DNA of 64,000 nucleotides from Candidatus Komeilibacteria bacterium RIFOXYD1_FULL_37_29 (GTDB lineage Bacteria > Patescibacteriota > Patescibacteriia > UBA1558 > GWA2-36-10), in the NCBI GenBank assembly GCA_001818495.1, contig MHKS01000004.1, positions 161,235-225,234 of the forward strand. Reading direction: 5' to 3'. The notes beneath the pieces are model-generated. The model ran no database searches. It worked only from the letters and a program-made list of their open reading frames with translations, and was not told the DNA's origin. The translations under genes were made by a program, and so were the position numbers. Each line of letters opens with the position of its first letter. The stretch's first letter is position 1. This document shows positions 29,225-37,877 of the stretch, piece after piece.

Positions 29225-29746
29225 ATGAAATTTGTATATGACAAAAAAATAGACAATGAGTGTCATCAGAGAATTAATGCTCGTGATGATATTTTTGGTG
29301 AGAAAATAAAAAAAGACATATATCCTGTTAGTGATGAAATAGTTCAGCAGTTTTCTAATAAATGGACGTCAGAGATAGAAGGGTCTTTTGAAAAGGGGAT
29401 ATTTGAAATATTCAATAAACACATCCCTAAAGATTTTATTTGCTACATTATTTCTAGCCCTTACTCTATGGATATCAAAGAGGGCATAGCTATATCGGCT
29501 TCTTCTTTAGGCGCGATGATAAGAATGATTTGTCATGAGGCCAATCACTATATGTTTCGGCAGAGTAATTATAGAGATAAATATTTTCCGAATATGGATA
29601 TAGAAGACGCCAAGGAAATATTTACTATCGTCAATAATATTTATTTCAAAGATATTATGGAGACGCCAGATAATGGTTGGAAAAAATTTTGGTCGCAGAG
29701 AAAAGGTTTTTTACAGAAATGGCAATCTAATAATTTAAAACAATGA
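29225..29746 (+). CDS. hypothetical protein with an HExxH motif (HEANH), a possible second metallopeptidase-like protein
   Basis: ICHEANHYMF is present. No clear downstream Glu ligand was found. Confidence 0.35.
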   Translation: MKFVYDKKIDNECHQRINARDDIFGEKIKKDIYPVSDEIVQQFSNKWTSEIEGSFEKGIFEIFNKHIPKDFICYIISSPYSMDIKEGIAISASSLGAMIRMICHEANHYMFRQSNYRDKYFPNMDIEDAKEIFTIVNNIYFKDIMETPDNGWKKFWSQRKGFLQKWQSNNLKQ

Positions 29747-30029
29747 ACATTAATTTTAAAAAATTTAATAATAAAGATGTACAGTATTTACTAGTTATGA
29801 TCTTGATATTTTTTTGTTCGATTATCATCACTATTATATGGAGCATGGGGTATGTAGTTTGGTGGTTATTTTCTAAATTAAAATTATATATATTAAAGAA
29901 AAACGATTTTGTGAGTTAATTATCGGTTCATTGACAACAATATCTATCTTTGAATATAAAGATGATGAATAAAAGCGATTTTGGCAGATAACTAGGTTAT
30001 GTTATAATTATTTATAATTAAATAAATTT

Positions 30030-30611
30030 ATGAATAAGAAGATAATAGTGTTATTAAGTGTCTGTATTTTTATATTACTAACTATTTGGGGGTATAATAG
30101 TTTGTATGATTCTGATACTCCAAATAATAATGAAAATATCAATCTTAATAATGCGTCAGATGAAATAGACACTGGTGATTGGGTGGAGTATAGGAATGAA
30201 GCATTAGGGTTTGAATTTAAACATCCGGGTGATTGGATAGTAGAATTAAGAAGAGTAAATTACGGAATACATACTGCAGATGAAGTTTATTTTTATATCA
30301 CAGTAAGTAAAAATAATCCATCAGAGAGTAATCGTTTTTCTAAATTAATAATAACCACTTTTGAAAATATCGAAGGGAAATCTCCGGAAGAAGTGATTTC
30401 TATAAATGAAAATTTTTCTCTTAATGAATTTCAGAGTTTATTTTTAGATGATTTTTTGTTAAATGGAGTGATAGTTAAAAAATATATGATTCCTGGTTTT
30501 ATTTCTTTGCCAGCTGTAATTTTTTATAGTAATGATAAAGTACACCAAATAAAATATAGTCTAGAAGAGGATATGTTTATGGAGATTATGGATACATTTA
30601 AATCTATATAA
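30030..30611 (+). CDS. signal-anchored or secreted hypothetical protein
   Basis: It has an N-terminal hydrophobic segment IIVLLSVCIFILLTIW. No recognisable motifs were found. Confidence 0.5.
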   Translation: MNKKIIVLLSVCIFILLTIWGYNSLYDSDTPNNNENINLNNASDEIDTGDWVEYRNEALGFEFKHPGDWIVELRRVNYGIHTADEVYFYITVSKNNPSESNRFSKLIITTFENIEGKSPEEVISINENFSLNEFQSLFLDDFLLNGVIVKKYMIPGFISLPAVIFYSNDKVHQIKYSLEEDMFMEIMDTFKSI

Positions 30612-30786
30612 TAATTAAAATTTATATTCGAGGATAGAGAGTTTAAACAATTGGGTTTAGACTCTTTTTGTGTTCTTTAACAATTAAATAATAAACAAGA
30701 AAGGAGATTTGCCGATGATTTTTTGGCAGGAGATTTGTAACTTGTCGTAGTCTGTAAACAAAAAATTTTCGAAAAGGAGTATTGTC

Positions 30787-33700
30787 ATGCAAAAGATCAT
30801 AGTATTTATTGTGGCGTTGATGTTGTTCAACATTAACCTTTTTGCGCAAACCGTTCCAATGGCTGATGGTTTTCAGTTGCCATTATATGAGTATGATATT
30901 AGTGATAATTGTCTTGAGTGGGGCGGTTGGGGGTCTAGTTTTTATGAAGGACAGCGTCATTTAGCAGATGATGAATGTTCTCCGTCTGGAACGGAAGTTT
31001 TCGCATCGGCCAATGGTATTGTTCGTTTCTCTCATAACAATGGGTCTTGCCCTGATAACTGGGGACCTTTGATTGTAATTGAATCAAACACAAACAACGG
31101 TAGTGTCTGTGTTATTTATGGACATGTTGTAAGTGAACCATCAATTATTGAAGGAGGTTCAGTAGTTAGAGGTCAAAAAATTGGGAAAATTGCAGACGGT
31201 ACTGGATGTTGGTCTGATCATATTCATTTTGGTATTTACATAGGAGAATATGGAATGCCCAACGGCGAATATCCTGGCTGGCTTCGTGGTTATTTATTTC
31301 CTGGTGCATGGCCAGGTAATTATGTTGACCCTATATGGTATGTAGAAAATAATCCCCCCAGCTCTTCATCTACCGTTGGTTGTTTTAGCACTAATGACTG
31401 TAGTGGTGCTGTATCATTGTCTTTTCAACAAAAGTATAATGCTATGGCTACTGCGGGGCATCCTTTGGGGAATCCATGGGACAACGGCGGTTCTATCTAT
31501 GTTCATGAAGTAAATGGTATGTATATCCAAGACTTCCAGGATCCTCGTGATCAGGGCGGTCCTAGCAATGGATATTATCATCCATACACTGCACTGATCT
31601 ATGATGCTGCTACTGTTTCTACGGCCAATGTCCGTTTGCTAAAAGAAGGCTTTTGGGATACTTGGATGAATAATACTGGTTGGGTCAATTTTGGCTCACC
31701 GATTACTGACGAGTATTCTAATGGTGGGGAGATTTGGCAAACATTCCGTCGTTATGGTCAAAACTATCCTAGTAATCAGAGTGATTATGAGAATTTCTAT
31801 TTTACGTGGAATTCTAACACTCAATTACTGGAGGTTTTGGACAAAAACTATAATCCGGTGGATTTTTCACAATTGACCGTTACTACTGCTGATATTTTTA
31901 CTAGAGTTTTTAAAAGCGCTAGTTTAAATGATTCAACCTCAAATGAATTTAAGCAGTACAATGGACTGGATTATAGTTTAAGTGATAGTACGGGCGGCGG
32001 ATCACGATTAGTGTCGGATACTAAGATTAGTATTGCTAAGGTGACATCAACTACTACGGAGCCAGAGGGAGTCTATCATTCTGGTTTAATAGTCAGTAAT
32101 CTTGGTCAGCCTTTTCCTTTAATCAATCAGCGTGATTATGATAATTTTTACGCTGTGATTAATGGAACAGTAATACCAATTGATCCATTCACTATGAATG
32201 GTGATATGACTATTTACGTTGGCGGTTCTTCGTCTGGACCGGATATTCAATTTAGTCATTGGACTATTTATCCTAATCCAGGGACGGTTGGTCAGCAGAT
32301 TCATGTGGAAGGACAGATAAATAATCAAGGTTCTTCATCTGTTACTTTATCAGAAGTAAGAGTGGAGTTTTTTGATCCTAATGGTACGGAAATATATCAC
32401 TGGTCTGAGTACAATGTTACTCTAGATCCGGGATATTATTGGTACCAGTGGTTATATTGCTATCCCTACATTTCTGGTAATTATACGGCTCGTTTTCGTG
32501 GGCTCATAAATGGTCAATGGCAAACTTATTCCACACAAACTGTTTATGTTCAGAATAATCCTAATTACCCAGTAGCTGATTTTACTAGTAATCCTTTATC
32601 TGGTCCAGCGCCATTGACTGTTCGGTTTACTGATTTATCAACCAATAACCCCAAACGTTGGCAATGGTTGTTTGGAGACGGTAGCGTCTTGCATGATGTT
32701 CAAAATCCACAACATACTTTTGTCAATCCGGGAACTTATACTGTTGATTTATTGGTATTCAATGATTTTGGAGGCGATCGGATAATAAAAGGAGGATTCA
32801 TAACTGTTTATGAGGCAGTTGTGGCCAACTTTACATCTGATGTCGTTTCTGGATCAGTACCCCTGACTGTCCATTTTACTGATCAGTCAACTGGCAACCC
32901 CACATCCTGGTATTGGGATTTTGGTGATGGCAATGTGTCGTATGACCAGCATCCACTACATACATATGTAGTAGCCGGCATATACTCAGTGTCTTTGACA
33001 GTTGGCAACCAAAATAGTTCAAATGTCAAGGTAGTTTCCAATATGATTACAGTAAAGGAAACGTTTGATCATTGTGCTATAGGGATATTAACAACTAAGG
33101 ATAATGGAGGTGGATGGAGGGGATTTACTATTCGTGGTAATTACGCTTATGTGGCCAATGGATTGCTAGGCTTGCAGATAGTGAACATCAGCAACCCGGT
33201 AGCACCACAGATCATTGGTTCGGTAAATACCCCAGATTATGCTTTCCATGTTTCTATTTTGGATAATTATGCCTATGTATCTGATGGTTCATCAGGCTTG
33301 CAGATAGTGAACATCAGCAACCCGGTAGCACCACAGATCGTTGGTTCGGTGCATCTTCCAGATAGAGTATATGGAGCATCAATTGTTTCTAATTTCATTT
33401 ATGTCTTTGATGCTGGTTCTAGACTCAGTATTTTTGATGCCAGTAATCCAGCATCACCAACTTTGGTCAACTCACTAGTCCTACCGGCCAATGTCACCGG
33501 CATCAGTTTTTATAAAACTTATGCTTATATGACCAATGGCAGTTATGATTTGCGTATTTTTGATATTAGCAACCCGGTAGGGCCAGTTCTTCTTAGCACC
33601 AAGAGCTTACCTGGCTATGCCTCTGATGTTTATGCTGATAGCAATTACGTTTATGTGGCTGCTTATGCGTCTGATTTGCAGATAGTCGATGCCAGCAATC

Positions 33701-34512
33701 CAACATCACCACAACTAATTGGTTCGCTCGATTTATCCTACTATGCTTTGGAAGTTGTGGTTTCCGATGGATATGCTTATGTTGTTAATGTTGATCCGGA
33801 CACTTCTAGTGTTGAGATAATTGACATTAGCAATCCAGCATCACCAGCGCTTGTAGGATCTGTTGGTTCAGCTTATGATCAGATTATGGATATAATTGTA
33901 GAGGATGGTTTGGCTTATATGACAGATTATCAAGGAGGCTTTGCAATTGTGTCGCTTGATTGTGCTTTGCCGGCTTCACCAAACTTCACAGCTACTCCAA
34001 AGTCTGGCTACTCTTCTTTGACTGTTCAATTTGCTGATCAGTCAACGGGTAACCCTACTTCATGGTACTGGGATTTTGGTGATGGCACTACATCGACTCA
34101 GCAAAATCCGCAGCATATCTATAGAGGAGGTGGCAATTGTACGGTTAGTCTTACTGTTAGTGATGGTGATTTTACCAACACCAAAATCATTGACAATTTC
34201 ATTACGATCAAAGTCAAAAACTTTAAAGATGATCGCAAGATGGAATTGTATGCAAACCACCCCAACCCTTTTAATCCTAGTACTACTATTAGTTATTCGT
34301 TGCCAACATCGCAACACGTTAGCCTAGTGGTTTATAACATACTAGGCCAAGCAGTAACTACTCTAGTAGATGGAATGAAAGAAGCAGGGGAACATTCAGC
34401 AATTTGGGATGGTCGTAATGATCATGGCAGTCCAGTTTCTTCGGGAATGTATTTTTACCGACTAACTACTGTTGAGAGTTCAATTGTTCGTAAAATGATC
34501 TTACTAAAATAA
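30787..34512 (+). CDS. large secreted multidomain protein: signal peptide, M23 peptidase domain, Ser/Thr/Gly/Asn-rich region, 2 PKD domains, LVIVD-type beta-propeller repeats, a third PKD domain, and a C-terminal T9SS(Por)-type sorting-domain-like region
   Basis: It has a signal peptide (MQKIIVFIVALMLFNINLFAQT). The M23 motifs HLADDE...GTEVFASANGIV...GQKIGKIADGTG...DHIHFGIY are present. PKD signatures such as FTDQSTGNPTSWYWDFGDG occur three times. GLQIVNISNPVAPQI-type LVIVD repeats are present. The C-terminus HPNPFNPSTTISYSLP...VSLVVYNILGQAVTTLVDG...AGEHSAIWDGRNDHG..VSSGMYFYRL matches the T9SS type-A sorting-domain pattern. An RBS AAAGGAG sits 8 nt upstream. Confidence 0.8.
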   Translation: MQKIIVFIVALMLFNINLFAQTVPMADGFQLPLYEYDISDNCLEWGGWGSSFYEGQRHLADDECSPSGTEVFASANGIVRFSHNNGSCPDNWGPLIVIESNTNNGSVCVIYGHVVSEPSIIEGGSVVRGQKIGKIADGTGCWSDHIHFGIYIGEYGMPNGEYPGWLRGYLFPGAWPGNYVDPIWYVENNPPSSSSTVGCFSTNDCSGAVSLSFQQKYNAMATAGHPLGNPWDNGGSIYVHEVNGMYIQDFQDPRDQGGPSNGYYHPYTALIYDAATVSTANVRLLKEGFWDTWMNNTGWVNFGSPITDEYSNGGEIWQTFRRYGQNYPSNQSDYENFYFTWNSNTQLLEVLDKNYNPVDFSQLTVTTADIFTRVFKSASLNDSTSNEFKQYNGLDYSLSDSTGGGSRLVSDTKISIAKVTSTTTEPEGVYHSGLIVSNLGQPFPLINQRDYDNFYAVINGTVIPIDPFTMNGDMTIYVGGSSSGPDIQFSHWTIYPNPGTVGQQIHVEGQINNQGSSSVTLSEVRVEFFDPNGTEIYHWSEYNVTLDPGYYWYQWLYCYPYISGNYTARFRGLINGQWQTYSTQTVYVQNNPNYPVADFTSNPLSGPAPLTVRFTDLSTNNPKRWQWLFGDGSVLHDVQNPQHTFVNPGTYTVDLLVFNDFGGDRIIKGGFITVYEAVVANFTSDVVSGSVPLTVHFTDQSTGNPTSWYWDFGDGNVSYDQHPLHTYVVAGIYSVSLTVGNQNSSNVKVVSNMITVKETFDHCAIGILTTKDNGGGWRGFTIRGNYAYVANGLLGLQIVNISNPVAPQIIGSVNTPDYAFHVSILDNYAYVSDGSSGLQIVNISNPVAPQIVGSVHLPDRVYGASIVSNFIYVFDAGSRLSIFDASNPASPTLVNSLVLPANVTGISFYKTYAYMTNGSYDLRIFDISNPVGPVLLSTKSLPGYASDVYADSNYVYVAAYASDLQIVDASNPTSPQLIGSLDLSYYALEVVVSDGYAYVVNVDPDTSSVEIIDISNPASPALVGSVGSAYDQIMDIIVEDGLAYMTDYQGGFAIVSLDCALPASPNFTATPKSGYSSLTVQFADQSTGNPTSWYWDFGDGTTSTQQNPQHIYRGGGNCTVSLTVSDGDFTNTKIIDNFITIKVKNFKDDRKMELYANHPNPFNPSTTISYSLPTSQHVSLVVYNILGQAVTTLVDGMKEAGEHSAIWDGRNDHGSPVSSGMYFYRLTTVESSIVRKMILLK
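33168..33350 (+). repeat. 57-bp direct repeat (33168-33224 and 33294-33350, one mismatch) inside the large gene, corresponding to adjacent LVIVD repeats
   Basis: aggcttgcagatagtgaacatcagcaacccggtagcaccacagatc(a/g)ttggttcggt occurs twice, 126 bp apart. Confidence 0.85.
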
Positions 34513-34732
34513 GATCAAAACCCTTTCTGTTTGTTGTTTAGTAAACAAAGCCCCATTTAGTTTAACTAGGTGGGGTTTAAAATTTAATGGAGCAAAAAAC
34601 ATTGTGCTAAACACGGTGTTTTTTATTTTTTTACTTACTGATAAAAAGTGGGAAGAAATACTAAAAAGAAAATCGCTCGCCGTAGCTTTATGCGTAGGGG
34701 GAGCGATTTCTTATATTCCTCAGATGAAATGA

Positions 34733-34849
34733 CTAGGACTGGAGAGCCCTCAAGATGCAAATTAGGAAAAGTAGCCCGATTTTAGACAGGCTCCACCAGA
34801 GGGCAAGTTTGCCAATGGTGTCATGGATAACATCCTGTTTGTTGGTCAC
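34733..34849 (-). CDS. 38-aa hydrophobic mini-protein (MTNKQDVIHDTIGKLALWWSLSKIGLLFLICILRALQS) with GTG start; putative
   Basis: A perfect SD (AAGGAGG) sits 5 nt upstream of the GTG. A downstream hairpin ATCGCTC...GAGCGAT plus T-run at 34678-34712 lies on the same strand. It is below the ORF-track size cutoff. Confidence 0.35.
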   Translation of the reverse strand: MTNKQDVIHDTIGKLALWWSLSKIGLLFLICILRALQS

Positions 34850-35031
34850 GATTTCCTCCTTGGAAATGTATATATAAGTAGTTTATTACAACGTTGTGAT
34901 TAAAGAACAAATACAGATTATTATTATAACATTGGTTTTTATAGCAGTCAATAACATTTGAATTATTATTTCCAAAAACTCCATATAAATGGTATAATAC
35001 CAACACAGTTTAATATTAATTTTACTATATT

Positions 35032-35409
35032 TTGTATATGCGCAAGGATTATATAGCGATTTTTTTGGTAGTAGTGGCCATAATTTTGGGCATTATTTTT
35101 TATTTTAATGGTTTTAAAGCGGAAAACAAAAATGTCTTAAAATATACCGCTGGTTGTAGCTCAGAAAAAATAGACGCTTCGGTCTATGGTTTGCGTGGTG
35201 ACACCAGCCGGATTGGTGCTTTTATTAGTTTTGCCGAAGTACCTCTTAGTGGCGATGTCAGAACTCAACTTACCGAGTTGGGTGTGGCCTTAAAAGAAGA
35301 TACCTGGATTTTTGATTATGCTATTGCTGAAATTCCCACCGAATCTTTATGTATTTTGGCGGAGCGGGATTTTGTCAAAGGAATATTTATACCTCAAACC
35401 AATAATTAG
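35032..35409 (+). CDS. small membrane-anchored hypothetical protein
   Basis: It has an N-terminal TM segment IAIFLVVVAIILGIIFYF. It lies immediately upstream of pgk. Confidence 0.5.
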   Translation: MYMRKDYIAIFLVVVAIILGIIFYFNGFKAENKNVLKYTAGCSSEKIDASVYGLRGDTSRIGAFISFAEVPLSGDVRTQLTELGVALKEDTWIFDYAIAEIPTESLCILAERDFVKGIFIPQTNN

Positions 35410-35416
35410 TAGTTTT

Positions 35417-36577
35417 ATGACGCTCAAAGTAATCAATCAAATAAAAAATTTAGATAATAAAAGGGTTTTGTTGCGTTTGGATCTCAATGTCCCATTTTCC
35501 GATGGTCAGGTGGATAAAGAAGATGATAAGCGGGTCCAGACAGCACTGCCCACTATTAAATATTTGTTAAGTAAAAAAGCCAAAGTAATCATTGTGGCTC
35601 ATCTTGGTCGGCCCAAGGATAAAGTAGTCCCTAGTCTATCCATGAGTCCGATTTCAGTCTATTTATCCAAAGTACTCAAGAAAAAAGTGACTTTTTGGCC
35701 TGGTAATTTTCGCGATTATTTAGAGGAAAGTTTTAAAATAAAGCCAGGCAGTGTAGTGATGATAGAAAATATTCGTTTTGAACCAGGAGAAAAGAAAAAT
35801 AGTAAAGAGCTAGCTCGTGACCTTAGTAGATTGGCGGATATTTATGTCGATGATGCTTTTGGCAATATTCATCGTCAAGATGCTTCGATGCACGCCATTT
35901 GTGATTTTTTGCCTGCTTATGCGGGATTATTAGTCGCTGAAGAAGTCAAACATTTGTCTAATATTTATAAAGTAAAAAAAGGATTAGTTTATATCTTTGG
36001 TGGCGCTAAAGCTGAAACTAAAATAAAATTAATCAAAAAAGTCATGACTAAGGCCGAGGCTATTTTAGTCGGCGGACCGCTAGCCTCGACACTCTTAAAA
36101 TCAGCTGGTTACAATGTTGGGCGGTCTTTGGTAGATGATGATTATGTAAAATTAGGCCAGACCTTATTAAAGAGCAAAGTAGCCATGCCTCTAGATGTTT
36201 GTGTGGCCGCTAGTCCTCAAGCTAAAAAGTATAGAGTATTAACCGTCGATAAAGTTTCTAAAAATGACATGATTTTAGATATTGGACCAGCCACTGTTGA
36301 TAGATATATAAAAATTCTTAAAACAGCCAAGTTGGTTATTTGGAACGGACCTTTTGGTTATTTTGAAAATCCGATTTATATGGGCGGGTCTAGAAAAATA
36401 ATGCAAGCTTTGGCCAAATCAAAAGTCAAAGTTATTTTAGGTGGTGGCGAAACAGTGGGTTTGGCTGAAAAATTGAAATTGGCTGATAAATTTGATTTTA
36501 TCTCCACTGGTGGCGGGGCTATGCTCACTTTTTTGGGTGGCGAAAAAATGCCATCTTTGGACAGATTAAAAAAATAA
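35417..36577 (+). CDS. pgk: phosphoglycerate kinase
   Basis: The ORF-track frame opens at 35312, but the conserved N-terminus begins at the ATG at 35417 (MTLKVINQIKNLDNKRVLLRLDLNVP). ...VAHLGRPKDK and the rest match Pgk. Confidence 0.9.
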   Translation: MTLKVINQIKNLDNKRVLLRLDLNVPFSDGQVDKEDDKRVQTALPTIKYLLSKKAKVIIVAHLGRPKDKVVPSLSMSPISVYLSKVLKKKVTFWPGNFRDYLEESFKIKPGSVVMIENIRFEPGEKKNSKELARDLSRLADIYVDDAFGNIHRQDASMHAICDFLPAYAGLLVAEEVKHLSNIYKVKKGLVYIFGGAKAETKIKLIKKVMTKAEAILVGGPLASTLLKSAGYNVGRSLVDDDYVKLGQTLLKSKVAMPLDVCVAASPQAKKYRVLTVDKVSKNDMILDIGPATVDRYIKILKTAKLVIWNGPFGYFENPIYMGGSRKIMQALAKSKVKVILGGGETVGLAEKLKLADKFDFISTGGGAMLTFLGGEKMPSLDRLKK

Positions 36578-36602
36578 AAATAGCTTGATTAAAATATAAA
36601 AT

Positions 36603-37874
36603 ATGCCAGATAAAATAAAAAAAATAAGCGCTCTAGAAATAATTGACTCTCGTGGTAATCCGACGATTGAAACTACCGTGGAGTTGTCTAGTGGTATTTC
36701 CGGCACTGCTTCTGTACCATCAGGAGCTTCTACCGGACGTTTTGAAGCCCACGAACTAAGAGACGGCGATCAGGCGCGCTACAACGGCAAGGGAGTACTT
36801 AAGGCTATTAACAATGTTAATACTATCTTTAACCAAGAGTTAAATGGCTTGTCGGTGGTGGAGCAGAAAAAAATTGACGATTTGATGATCAAGCTGGATG
36901 GCAGTAAAAATAAAAGCAATTTGGGCGCCAATGCTATTGTGTCGGTTTCTTTAGCAGTTGCTCACGCGGCGGCCAAGTTTAATAAGGTAGAACTTTATGA
37001 GTATTTGCGTTCTTTATATAATCCTAAGCTAAAAAAATATCAGTTGCCAACCCCAGTGGTCAATGTGATAAATGGTGGAGCACACGCTTCTACCAACATC
37101 AATATTCAGGAATTTTGGTTAGTACCGGCCAAAGCCAAAAATTTTTCCGACAAACTTCGCCAAGCTAGTGAAATATTTCATAAATTAGGGGATATTTTAC
37201 AAGTCGCTGGCTATGATACTGATTTGGGCAACGAAGGTGGCTATGCTCCAGAAGTAAAATCACATAAACAGGTCTTTGAATTTTTGATGCAAGCCATAGA
37301 ATCGAGCGGTTATCAGCCGGGGCAGGATATATTTTTAGGCATTGATGCTGGAGCTTCTGAGTTTTATGATAGTCACAACAAAGTTTATAAATTGGCTTTG
37401 GAAGGTAAAGATTTTACCAGTAGTGAATTGATTGATTTTTATTTTGATCTGATGGAACTATATCCTTTGACTTTAATAGAAGATCCCCTAGATCAAGAAG
37501 ATTGGAATTCTTGGGCTGATTTTAGCGCTGATCATTTTATTAACGCTAATGATATTAAAATTATCGGCGACGATTTGTTTGTCACCAATGTTTTAAGACT
37601 AAAAAAGGGAGTAGAGTTGGGTGTAGCCAACAGCATTTTGATAAAATATAATCAAATTGGTACGCTTAGTGAAACCTTTGAGACTATCAGATATGCCAGA
37701 GAGAATAATTATAAGATAATCATATCTCATCGTAGTGGTGAGACCACCGATACCACGATTGCGGATTTGGCAGTCGCTGTTAATGCCGATTATATTAAAA
37801 CCGGTTCTACCGCCAGAGGAGAAAGAACCGCCAAATACAATCGTTTGTTAAGAATTGAGCAAAAAATAAAATAA
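36603..37874 (+). CDS. eno: enolase
   Basis: IIDSRGNPTIETTVELSSG...SVPSGASTG and C-terminal SHRSGETTD are canonical enolase motifs. Confidence 0.95.
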   Translation: MPDKIKKISALEIIDSRGNPTIETTVELSSGISGTASVPSGASTGRFEAHELRDGDQARYNGKGVLKAINNVNTIFNQELNGLSVVEQKKIDDLMIKLDGSKNKSNLGANAIVSVSLAVAHAAAKFNKVELYEYLRSLYNPKLKKYQLPTPVVNVINGGAHASTNINIQEFWLVPAKAKNFSDKLRQASEIFHKLGDILQVAGYDTDLGNEGGYAPEVKSHKQVFEFLMQAIESSGYQPGQDIFLGIDAGASEFYDSHNKVYKLALEGKDFTSSELIDFYFDLMELYPLTLIEDPLDQEDWNSWADFSADHFINANDIKIIGDDLFVTNVLRLKKGVELGVANSILIKYNQIGTLSETFETIRYARENNYKIIISHRSGETTDTTIADLAVAVNADYIKTGSTARGERTAKYNRLLRIEQKIK

Positions 37875-37877
37875 TTT

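Noticed and set aside
30643-30849. 68-aa minus-strand ORF overlapping the start of the large secreted-protein gene
   Set aside because: It overlaps the strong RBS and start of a well-supported gene in antisense. It is basic and low-complexity, and likely spurious.
34821-35006. 61-aa minus-strand ORF in the pgk upstream region
   Set aside because: It has no RBS and an odd Asn/Tyr-rich composition. The SD-driven 38-aa ORF in another frame (34733-34849) is the better candidate in this region.
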